DNA from: a virus
Virus record (IMG/VR): IMGVR_UViG_3300020045_013318
Span: 13,136-77,135 of that record
DNA length: 64,000 nt
Strand: one strand, 5' to 3'
Part shown: positions 35,711-43,116 of the stretch, in pieces
Layout: every line of letters begins with the position of its first letter
Numbering within the stretch: the stretch's first letter is position 1
Notes under the pieces: generated by a model
Databases searched by the model: none
What the model was told of the DNA's origin: nothing
The model's input: only the letters and a program-made list of their open reading frames with translations
Made by a program: the position numbers and the translations under genes

Positions 35711-35778
35711 TTATGCACCTTTAGATTTGATTGTCCTATACCAATCAAGTATACTGAAGGTTGGCTCGTTCTTTGAAA
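35710..35778 (+). promoter_or_regulatory. queE promoter (GTTATGCACC, TTGATT-N17-TATACT) and boxA-like GTTCTTTGAAA
   Basis: motifs read directly. Confidence 0.65.
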
Positions 35779-35790
35779 AGGAGAAAGAAA

Positions 35791-36516
35791 ATGCTTAAAG
35801 TAAATGAAATCTTTGGACCAACAATCCAAGGTGAAGGAAAGAATGCGGGGAAGCCAGTTGTTTTCCTCCGCTTGTCGCAATGCAATCTCCACTGTATTTG
35901 GTGTGATACTCCTCATACATGGAATTGGGAGGGTACGAAGTTTGCTCACCCAATCAAGTTTGTCCAAACTGAAGAAGAGCATCTGATGTCAGTTGATGAT
36001 GTTTTTTTGAAGGTTTTGGAAAAAAGTGGTGGAGAAATCGAGTCGTTGGTGATCTCGGGCGGCGAGCCCCTTCTTCAACAAAAAGAACTAACCGACCTGC
36101 TTCGCGTCTTGAAGTCGATTGGTTGGTTTGTTGAAGTTGAAACCAATGGAACGGTCCCACTCCGACCTGAGTTTGCAATTTTGATAGATCAGATCAATTG
36201 CTCTCCCAAGTTGGCAAATTCGTTGGATCCTGAATCGCTTCGAATCAAGAAGAAGACGTTAGAGCAACTTGCTTCAAATTCTAAAGTCAACTTCAAGTTT
36301 GTTGTGTCAGATGAAGGAGATGTCCCTGAAATCTTGTCGATTGTTGAACTGCTTCGGCAGTCTGGCACTCCTGAGATTCGTCTGATGCCCCTTTGTCAGA
36401 CGCGGGAAGAACTCGAGATGAGAGAACTTCTCGTCAAAGAGTTGGCCCAGAAGCACAACTTCATTTACTGCACACGGTTGTCGATTTTGATGTCGGGGAC
36501 CAAGCGTGGTGTTTGA
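35791..36516 (+). CDS. queE: 7-carboxy-7-deazaguanine synthase (radical SAM)
   Basis: EIFGPTIQGEG, CNLHCIWCDT (CX3CX2C), ISGGEPLLQ, ETNGT, SPKL. Confidence 0.95.
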   Translation: MLKVNEIFGPTIQGEGKNAGKPVVFLRLSQCNLHCIWCDTPHTWNWEGTKFAHPIKFVQTEEEHLMSVDDVFLKVLEKSGGEIESLVISGGEPLLQQKELTDLLRVLKSIGWFVEVETNGTVPLRPEFAILIDQINCSPKLANSLDPESLRIKKKTLEQLASNSKVNFKFVVSDEGDVPEILSIVELLRQSGTPEIRLMPLCQTREELEMRELLVKELAQKHNFIYCTRLSILMSGTKRGV

Positions 36517-36520
36517 ATTC

Positions 36521-36546
36521 GGGGGAAGAAATTCCCCCCTCTTTTC
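36521..36546 (+). terminator. intrinsic terminator after queE
   Basis: GGGGGAA/TTCCCCC stem with T-rich tail. Confidence 0.65.
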
Positions 36547-36649
36547 TACTTTCTAAATCGGAATCACCAGCCTTATGGGTGCCTGACAGGGAGGAGCTCT
36601 GTTTGGTTGTAGACAGCCAATACAAGGTTTGGAAAGTAGAAAAGAGGAG

Positions 36650-36693
36650 TGTGCATAACTTTTGTAGACAAAATAATCGCCTATCTGTATACT
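36650..36693 (+). promoter_or_regulatory. promoter of modification operon (TGTGCATAAC-N5-TAGACA-N17-TATACT)
   Basis: motif read directly. Confidence 0.7.
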
Positions 36694-36721
36694 TTATACA
36701 TTACAAGATAAGTATTAAGAG

Positions 36722-37156
36722 ATGTTAATTACCAAAGAAATAGAAATCGACATGGGTCACCGTGTCACAAATCACAAATCGAAGTGCAGTTCACTTCACG
36801 GACATCGTTATCGAATTGAAGTAGGAGTTGATGATAAAGTAATCACAACCGAAGGATCTTCGGACGAAGGAATGGTGATAGACTTTGGAGATTTGAAAGA
36901 AGTTATGATGGAAGTATTGGATGCTCCATTCGATCATGGAATGGTCTTATGGCTCAAAGATCCTCTTGTTTCATATATTCTAGCAGATGAAAAGACTAAG
37001 TGTCACTTGGTTGGATTTATTCCAACGGCAGAAAATCTAGCTCGGTATTGGTTCTATCTTTTGAAGCCAAGATTGGAGGAGAGAGATGTTAAAATTAAAC
37101 ACATTAAAGTTTGGGAAACTCCATCTAGTACCGCAACATATGAAGAAACTAACTAA
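36722..37156 (+). CDS. queD: 6-carboxytetrahydropterin synthase
   Basis: GHR, C..LHGHRY, GMVIDFGDLK, FDH, PTAENLA, VWET. Confidence 0.95.
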   Translation: MLITKEIEIDMGHRVTNHKSKCSSLHGHRYRIEVGVDDKVITTEGSSDEGMVIDFGDLKEVMMEVLDAPFDHGMVLWLKDPLVSYILADEKTKCHLVGFIPTAENLARYWFYLLKPRLEERDVKIKHIKVWETPSSTATYEETN

Positions 37157-37781
37157 AGCAAACGGAAATATATTCCGTTCAGAAGAAGAAAAAGAATCAA
37201 TGGTCCTCAGTGCATCACATCATTATGGGTTGTTTCTCAACGCTCTAGGATTCGATTGGGAGGCCGATTCAGCAATGAAAGATACACCAACACGAGTGGC
37301 GAAGGCGTGGGTTTATGACTTAATTTCAGGATCTATGGCAAAAGAGCCATCTGATAAATCATTTCCAAACGAAGAGGGGTACACTGGACTAATTTGTCAA
37401 ACAAACATTCCGGTTGTCAGTATTTGTGCTCATCATCACTTGCCATTCACAGGGACTGCTCATGTTGCTTATATTCCTGGAAAAACAATTCAAGACTCAG
37501 TGATTGGACTTAGTAAATTGAATCGAATTGTCGAATTCTATTCACGACGTCCAAATATTCAAGAATCTCTTACAAAGCAAGTTCACGATCATATTGACCG
37601 GCTATGTGTTGGGAATCGAGGAGTTGCAGTTGTCATTGAGGCTCAACATAGTTGTGTTTCTTGTAGAGGCGTAAGACATACAAGCAAGATGAAGACAAGT
37701 CAGTTGTCGGGGTATTTTTGGGCCAACGAAGTTGGTACAAGACAAGAATTCTTCAATCTAATTGACCAGGGGAGATATTAG
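37140..37781 (+). CDS. folE: GTP cyclohydrolase I
   Basis: DTPTRVAKAW, SICAHHHLPF.G, GLSKLNR, RRP.IQE.LT, AQHSCV.CRGV. Confidence 0.95.
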   Translation: MKKLTKANGNIFRSEEEKESMVLSASHHYGLFLNALGFDWEADSAMKDTPTRVAKAWVYDLISGSMAKEPSDKSFPNEEGYTGLICQTNIPVVSICAHHHLPFTGTAHVAYIPGKTIQDSVIGLSKLNRIVEFYSRRPNIQESLTKQVHDHIDRLCVGNRGVAVVIEAQHSCVSCRGVRHTSKMKTSQLSGYFWANEVGTRQEFFNLIDQGRY

Positions 37782-37798
37782 AAGTAGAATGAAAGTAT

Positions 37799-38227
37799 AT
37801 GAAAAAAAATACTTTCACCCCAAAAAGGATCCAACAACAAAAAGAGGCAAGCAAAAGATACTACGAGAAAAATAAAGATTTGGTAAATGAGAGAGCAAAG
37901 AGATTTGCTTTAGAGAATCCCAAAGATACTCGGAAGTATATGAGGACACTGAGAGTTAAAAACAGAGAGGCCGCCCTTAGACAATACGGAGGAGAAAATC
38001 CAAAATGCAAAAAATGCCTACTTGAGGACAAAAGGGCACTAGACGTGGATCACATAGACGAAAACGGATCAACCCACAGAAGGGAGTTGGGACACTATTC
38101 GATCTATGCGTGGCTGAAGAAGAATAACTATCCAAAGGGATTTCAGATCTTGTGCAGAAATTGCAATTGGATCAAATACTGCGAAAGGAGGGAGAGAGAA
38201 AGAATTACGAGAGAAAATGCAAAATAA
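37799..38227 (+). CDS. HNH endonuclease inserted in modification operon
   Basis: YGG..KCKKC, LDVDHI, FQILCRNCN. Confidence 0.85.
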   Translation: MKKNTFTPKRIQQQKEASKRYYEKNKDLVNERAKRFALENPKDTRKYMRTLRVKNREAALRQYGGENPKCKKCLLEDKRALDVDHIDENGSTHRRELGHYSIYAWLKKNNYPKGFQILCRNCNWIKYCERRERERITRENAK

Positions 38228-38576
38228 TATGGAAAAACTAACCACCATCATCGTCCGATTTGCCATTGAAGGAACTCATCGATGGAAGGATGCAGAAGAA
38301 AAAGAGCCAGAGGTTGCCTTTCTTCAATTCCCTCACCGCCATATGTTTCACTTCGAAGTTCGAAAGATTGTCGAACACGACGATCGAGACATTGAGATTA
38401 TCTTATTCAAGAGAGCAATCTTCGATTACTTAATTGAAAAATATGGATCCCCTTGTGATTTCGACACAATGAGTTGCGAGATGCTTGCAAACGAGATTGC
38501 AGACAAGTTTGAGTGTTTATCAGTTCAGTGTCTTGAAGATGATGAAAATGGGGCACACATAACAAGAATGATATGA
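38217..38576 (+). CDS. QueD-like T-fold paralog
   Basis: EGTHRW, PHRHMFH, DRDIE, SCEMLA, EDDENGA; His pattern parallels QueD. Confidence 0.7.
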   Translation: MQNNMEKLTTIIVRFAIEGTHRWKDAEEKEPEVAFLQFPHRHMFHFEVRKIVEHDDRDIEIILFKRAIFDYLIEKYGSPCDFDTMSCEMLANEIADKFECLSVQCLEDDENGAHITRMI

Positions 38577-39037
38577 ATGAAAGATTGTCAAAGTTGATCA
38601 GTTTATTCTCTAAAATTGAAGGAGTTAAGATTTCTGGAGACTATCAAGTTCGAGGAACAACACTGAGGAAGCTTGCAGAGACAAATGGAGGAGGATACCA
38701 GCGAGTCTTGAAGTGGGCTGAAGGAAAAGCATATCCAAAGAAGGTTGTGGGGCCAGAACTGCCTGTAATCAGTGAGGAAATGCTGGAGATGAAGAATCAA
38801 CTCAAGGGAGCTTGGGAGGTTATGGTGGGAAGGAATACAAAGTATGGAGACTCGTGGAAGGTTTTGAGTATTCCATCAATGGCAAATCTTGTGGAAATGA
38901 AGATGCACCGTATAGCAAATATGACCGAGAAGGAACTCAATCCAAAAATCATTGATGAGGCAGTTGACGCAATCAATTATGCAGCAATGATCTTATTCAA
39001 ATTAAAAGAAAAAGGAATAACATATAAACATGATTAA
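38573..39037 (+). CDS. nucleotide-modification-associated (DUF1599/Nmad1-like) all-alpha protein
   Basis: RNTKYGDSW, KMHRI, DEAVDAINYAAM. Confidence 0.7.
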   Translation: MNERLSKLISLFSKIEGVKISGDYQVRGTTLRKLAETNGGGYQRVLKWAEGKAYPKKVVGPELPVISEEMLEMKNQLKGAWEVMVGRNTKYGDSWKVLSIPSMANLVEMKMHRIANMTEKELNPKIIDEAVDAINYAAMILFKLKEKGITYKHD

Positions 39038-39842
39038 AGTATCATTCATTGCTCCAACGAGTCTGATCCCACAATACGGGAACCAAGGAGATTTTCATCT
39101 AGCACTCGCTCATCTTCTTGGGCCAGTCAATGAGACTCCTAACGAGTACGAACAAGCGTTGATCAACTCAGGACTTCCAATCATTCTTGACAATGGACTA
39201 TTTGAAAATAAAGAATCGGTCCCAGTACGAGAATTAATGGAGAAGGCTGTCCACCTCAACGCAACACATGTCTTTGCTCCTGATGTTCTTTTTGATCGAG
39301 AGGGTACAGAGGCAAATATTGAGGAGGCTTATGCAGTTCTAGAGGAGATTAAGGCAGACTTTCCAGAATGCCAAACAAAACTTGCAGCAGTTGTTCAGGC
39401 AAACAGCGCTGATGATTTTCTAGCAAGCTACCTTCTCATGGCAGACGATCCAAGAATCGATCTGATAGGGTTATCCATTCTGTCTGTTCCACATTCATTT
39501 AAGGAGATCTCAGGAACTGACGACATTACAATCAATCGAATTATCTGCCTCAAGAGACTCAACAAACTTCCAATTCATAAAGACTCACACCTTCTTGGAC
39601 TTGGAGACTCATACGAAGATGTTGCGTTTGCAAACGAGCATTGTCCTTGGGTTGTTTCTCACGACAGCTCATCTGCTGTCTGGAATGGAGTTCAGGGGAA
39701 GAATATTCACTCAACATCTCTCAAGGTTGCTGGAGGTAAAACTAAAGTTCATGTCGACTTTGCCTTTGGGGATGAGTTGACTGAGGTACAAGTGGCCGAC
39801 ATTACACACAACATTGAAGTCGTTAAATCAATCATTAAATAA
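39030..39842 (+). CDS. DpdA/TGT-like TIM-barrel transglycosylase
   Basis: ILDNGLF (cf. DSGGF), APDV, VVQ, IGL, HLLG, SHDSS; context with folE/queD/queE. Confidence 0.7.
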   Translation: MIKVSFIAPTSLIPQYGNQGDFHLALAHLLGPVNETPNEYEQALINSGLPIILDNGLFENKESVPVRELMEKAVHLNATHVFAPDVLFDREGTEANIEEAYAVLEEIKADFPECQTKLAAVVQANSADDFLASYLLMADDPRIDLIGLSILSVPHSFKEISGTDDITINRIICLKRLNKLPIHKDSHLLGLGDSYEDVAFANEHCPWVVSHDSSSAVWNGVQGKNIHSTSLKVAGGKTKVHVDFAFGDELTEVQVADITHNIEVVKSIIK

Positions 39843-39843
39843 T

Positions 39844-40230
39844 ATGCAAATCAATCCACGAACAATCCTCGATCGAGGAATCATAAAGTATTGTGAAACA
39901 ACCAAGGTTCAGCAGGTAGGAGTAGATCTCTCAATTGGACAAGACTTTGTCGTCAAAGTGGGCGAGTCGAAGAATATCAACTTCCGAGAAAGCATCAAGC
40001 TTCCTGACAACATGTATGCACTGTTCTATGTGCGATCATCATGGAGTCGCAAGGGAGTATTTGTAAGTTCTGGCGTCTACGATAGTGGATATGAGGGAAC
40101 GATTGGGTGCACCATCTACAATATGTCTGGAGAAGATGTTCAATTTACAGAAGGAGATCGTATTGGGCAAATGATTTGTTATTTGGCTGATGCGGCAAGT
40201 AGTTACAATGGTCAATTTCAGGGGAAATAA
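39844..40230 (+). CDS. trimeric dUTPase/dCTP deaminase family protein
   Basis: GVDL, RSS..RKG, GVYDSGYEG, GDRIGQM, YNGQFQG. Confidence 0.85.
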   Translation: MQINPRTILDRGIIKYCETTKVQQVGVDLSIGQDFVVKVGESKNINFRESIKLPDNMYALFYVRSSWSRKGVFVSSGVYDSGYEGTIGCTIYNMSGEDVQFTEGDRIGQMICYLADAASSYNGQFQGK

Positions 40231-40231
40231 T

Positions 40232-40378
40232 ATGAGAGTAAAAATTAAAATATCGTCAGGGAAAATCCTCGAGATTGAGGGAAAGATTCTTGAGAAGAGA
40301 GAGTTGTTTGGACGCAAGGAGGCTCTGATTGATGGGAAGCTGTCGAAGCCTATCTGGGTGACTATTCCAAAAAAATGA
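40232..40378 (+). CDS. small hypothetical protein
   Basis: ATG at 40232; KILEKRELFGR. Confidence 0.55.
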   Translation: MRVKIKISSGKILEIEGKILEKRELFGRKEALIDGKLSKPIWVTIPKK

Positions 40379-40701
40379 AAGGAATAGATTTCTCCGCATT
40401 GAAGGAGAGATTGAAAAATCCAACAGACGATCTTCCAAACTTCCCATACGAATTTTGGGTAAATAAGACAGCAAAGCTATTGAAAAAACCCTACATTCAA
40501 GTTCATGGATTAGTCGCAAAAGAAGGATTGACACTCGAGGGGATCACAAGGAGATACAACAACGCAACAAAACACAATGGAGACATGCCGTCGGAAGTCT
40601 ATTGGTGGTGGAGGAGAAAGGTTGAATATAAAAATGAAAAAGAAAAAAGTATACCCAACAAACAAAAGTGTGCACCTTCTCGGGAAGGTAGCAAATCATG
40701 A
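40375..40701 (+). CDS. hypothetical protein
   Basis: ATGA overlap, 108 aa. Confidence 0.65.
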   Translation: MKGIDFSALKERLKNPTDDLPNFPYEFWVNKTAKLLKKPYIQVHGLVAKEGLTLEGITRRYNNATKHNGDMPSEVYWWWRRKVEYKNEKEKSIPNKQKCAPSREGSKS

Positions 40702-41167
40702 AGGCAAACTCAAGGTTAAATTAAATGGACCTCAGTACTTGGATCACTTCCTCAAGAATCACACTAAGGTTGGAGATGATGTTTTGATGGTTGTGACAGC
40801 AAAAAGGCCAAAAAGGTCAGCTTCTCAAAACAACTTCTTTTTTGTCTATTTAGATTTAATCTCTCTCTCATGTGGACACTCAATTGAGGAGCTCCATAAG
40901 TGGGTCAATGGGTACATCTTGGGACAAGGAATCACTGAAGTGTTTGGCCAGAAGGTTCGTATGGTTGGAAGTACTTCTGATCTCAATATCAGTGAGTTTT
41001 GTGAGATGATGAATAGAATTTTTGAAGAGACTGATATTCCGATTCCAGATCCTGAGCCCTTCAATCTTCCTCTGACGTACAATGAGTTTGGAAAATTAAA
41101 ACTAGATCAGCAAATTCAGTATAAAAAAATGAAAAATAGACTTCTCGAGAGGAATTTGTCTAATTAA
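40634..41167 (+). CDS. NinB/YbcN-like recombination protein
   Basis: KRSASQNNFFF, EELH, STSDLNISEF..MMNRI, IPIPDP. Confidence 0.7.
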   Translation: MKKKKVYPTNKSVHLLGKVANHEGKLKVKLNGPQYLDHFLKNHTKVGDDVLMVVTAKRPKRSASQNNFFFVYLDLISLSCGHSIEELHKWVNGYILGQGITEVFGQKVRMVGSTSDLNISEFCEMMNRIFEETDIPIPDPEPFNLPLTYNEFGKLKLDQQIQYKKMKNRLLERNLSN

Positions 41168-41190
41168 GTGCATATTTTGAAGTAAATGAC

Positions 41191-41234
41191 TGTTCATAAC
41201 TATAGTTGATAGGGATAAGGAATGGGAGTATGGT
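41191..41234 (+). promoter_or_regulatory. promoter (TGTTCATAAC-N5-TTGATA-N17-TATGGT)
   Basis: first 19 nt identical to the promoter at 32372. Confidence 0.7.
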
Positions 41235-41261
41235 GTATGTATACAAGTATAAGCAAACAAT

Positions 41262-41447
41262 ATGAGAAAACAACAAAACCAAGGCTACGAAATATACAAC
41301 ACCTTCAAACGAAGCCCTATCGAGAACGATTGGTACATCATCCCCCTTGTTATTCTAGGCACCTTCCTCGCCGTAACCCTATACGCAGGAGTAGATTTGG
41401 TCTTTAATGTCATGGTCGAGTTTATTGGAGGGTTAATGGTGAACTAA
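41262..41447 (+). CDS. small membrane protein
   Basis: hydrophobic C-terminal half; first ORF after promoter. Confidence 0.65.
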   Translation: MRKQQNQGYEIYNTFKRSPIENDWYIIPLVILGTFLAVTLYAGVDLVFNVMVEFIGGLMVN

Positions 41448-41448
41448 C

Positions 41449-41691
41449 ATGACATTCATACAAGAGAAGGTGGAGGCTCTATTTAAAGACGACTCAATTC
41501 GCAGTCGCAAATTTGAAAACAAAATAAAGAAAGCCCTCACTGAAGCTCTCGAAGAAGGCAAGCGGATGGCCTGTGCAGAGATAGAGAAGAGGGTGGAACA
41601 GACGCATGGCTTTACAAGCCCAAATTCAGTTGAAAGAATCATTAAGGAACGTGACATCCTCACCATTACCAAGGAGATAGCTAACAAATAA
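41449..41691 (+). CDS. hypothetical protein
   Basis: 80 aa in operon. Confidence 0.7.
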   Translation: MTFIQEKVEALFKDDSIRSRKFENKIKKALTEALEEGKRMACAEIEKRVEQTHGFTSPNSVERIIKERDILTITKEIANK

Positions 41692-41693
41692 AT

Positions 41694-42713
41694 ATGAAAT
41701 ACAAACAAGAACTACCTGTAAAAGTTGAAGCACAATTAGACGCATACATAGAACGTATCAAAGCGATTAAATGGTTCCAACCAAGTAGTGAATTAAAACG
41801 TGCAGAGATTGACACCCAAGTAAACCTTGCCCTTAAGGCATTTGGTGTAGAAGCATCTATTGAGTATCGAACATTAAAAACACCACAAGATTGGGATGCC
41901 GCTTGGGATGCCGCTCGGGATGCCGCTCTGGATGCCGCTTGGGATGCCGCTTGGGATGCAGCTTGGGATGCCGCTTGGGATGCCGCTCGGGATGCCGCTC
42001 GGGATGCCGCTCTGGGTGCCGCTTGGGATGCCGCTTGGGATGCCGCTTGGGATGCCGCTCGGGATGCCGCTTGGGGTGCCGCTTGGGGTGCCGCTTGGGA
42101 TGCCGCTTGGGGTGCCGCTGCAATAAATACTAAATTACAGGATAAAACAATGCTTAAATTTATTGAAATTGAAACCCCCTTATTGGAAGCTTTAGAATTT
42201 GGTTTGGGATATTTCTTTCCCATGAAAGATATGCTAATTATTGTCCCTTGTCCTTCTTTTATTTTTAACAATAAAAAACAATTACATTCAGAAGAGACAA
42301 TGGCTATATCATGGAAAGATGGAACGGGGTATTATTTCCTTGATGGAGTAAAATTAAAAGAATCTGTTTGGAAAAACATTCTCTCTCGTTCTATGTCTTT
42401 TGAAGAAGTTGCCATGCTTAAAAATATAGAAGATCGTATGGTCGCTCTTAAATACAACCCTAATGCTCTTCTTAAAAATGCGATTTTACTTGACAAAACA
42501 AAGCGTAACGAACTTTGGCTTATAGAAGGATTTGGTACAAATTCACAAAACAAAATTGATGCCTTTTTTCTGAAATATACTTGTCCTTCTACAGGTAGAG
42601 TTTATACAAAAGGCGTTCCTGTTGAAGTTGGCAAACAAAAAGATGCTGACGAAGCTCAAGCATGGAGCCATTGGCTTTCAAAAGAGGCTTATCAATTATT
42701 AAATGAGTCTTAA
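41694..42713 (+). CDS. [WR]DAA-repeat protein with DUF6745-like C-terminus; apparent hybrid (phage A N-terminus, phage B C-terminus)
   Basis: 19 four-residue repeats; LHSE..MAISWKDG.GYYFLDGV, CPSTGRVY..GVP, ADEAQAWS. Confidence 0.8.
   Translation: MKYKQELPVKVEAQLDAYIERIKAIKWFQPSSELKRAEIDTQVNLALKAFGVEASIEYRTLKTPQDWDAAWDAARDAALDAAWDAAWDAAWDAAWDAARDAARDAALGAAWDAAWDAAWDAARDAAWGAAWGAAWDAAWGAAAINTKLQDKTMLKFIEIETPLLEALEFGLGYFFPMKDMLIIVPCPSFIFNNKKQLHSEETMAISWKDGTGYYFLDGVKLKESVWKNILSRSMSFEEVAMLKNIEDRMVALKYNPNALLKNAILLDKTKRNELWLIEGFGTNSQNKIDAFFLKYTCPSTGRVYTKGVPVEVGKQKDADEAQAWSHWLSKEAYQLLNES
41892..42119 (+). repeat. 12-bp tandem repeat, 19 units
   Basis: TGGGATGCCGCT units with CGG/CTG and GGT variants; same unit as 1583-1633. 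Confidence 0.95.
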
Positions 42714-42855
42714 TGAAAGACAATTTTTGTGATAGTTGTGGAGATGTTATTGAATGGGGATGGAATGACACAGATATTCCAGAGTTATGTAGGTTTTGTA
42801 AAGAGGAGGGTGAGAATGGATAGGTATATTTATTAAATTAAGGTAAAATAATAGT

Positions 42856-43116
42856 ATGAAAATACTTGTTAAAAATTATTCTTCTCGTTCTGAACTTGAA
42901 CAAGATGTAAAGATAAAAAAAGAAACTCAACCTTTGACTATTGAAGGAACAATAGAACAACTTGAGAGACTATCTTTATCTTCTAAAAGATTAGTCTTTG
43001 GCATTCAATGTGTTGCTACAGATGAAAAAAAAGAAATAATACTTGCACCCCCTAAACCTAATCGTGGAGAAATTTTTGAAAGTAATCTTAATAATAAAAA
43101 AATAAAATTCAAATGA
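42856..43116 (+). CDS. hypothetical protein upstream of groEL-like gene
   Basis: ATGA overlap; no GroES motifs recognised. Confidence 0.65.
   Translation: MKILVKNYSSRSELEQDVKIKKETQPLTIEGTIEQLERLSLSSKRLVFGIQCVATDEKKEIILAPPKPNRGEIFESNLNNKKIKFK

Larger units (their letters stand above)
1634..41891. mobile_element. Phage A, apparently complete ~40.3 kb podovirus-like genome
   Basis: Full packaging, head, tail, ejection, lysis and recombination modules; no tape-measure gene; bounded by the same 12-bp repeat; + strand operon starting at 41191 runs on into 1634 when circularised. Confidence 0.8.

Noticed and set aside
35791-37781. Host queuosine or folate operon
   Set aside because: Embedded among phage genes with an HNH insertion and a DpdA-like gene. 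No queA, queF, queG or folate genes.
41892-42119. Possible CRISPR array
   Set aside because: Contiguous 12-bp units with no unique spacers, in frame within a gene, and no cas genes.
1583-42119. attL/attR of an integrase-driven prophage, or a DGR template/variable repeat pair
   Set aside because: No integrase or reverse transcriptase recognised. The shared sequence is a tandem coding repeat, and differences are not adenine-specific.
41681-42271. Alternative-frame repeat ORFs (GCRL, MPLG, HPKR, AASQ)
   Set aside because: By-products of a stop-free 12-bp repeat. Only the WDAA frame joins flanking coding sequence.
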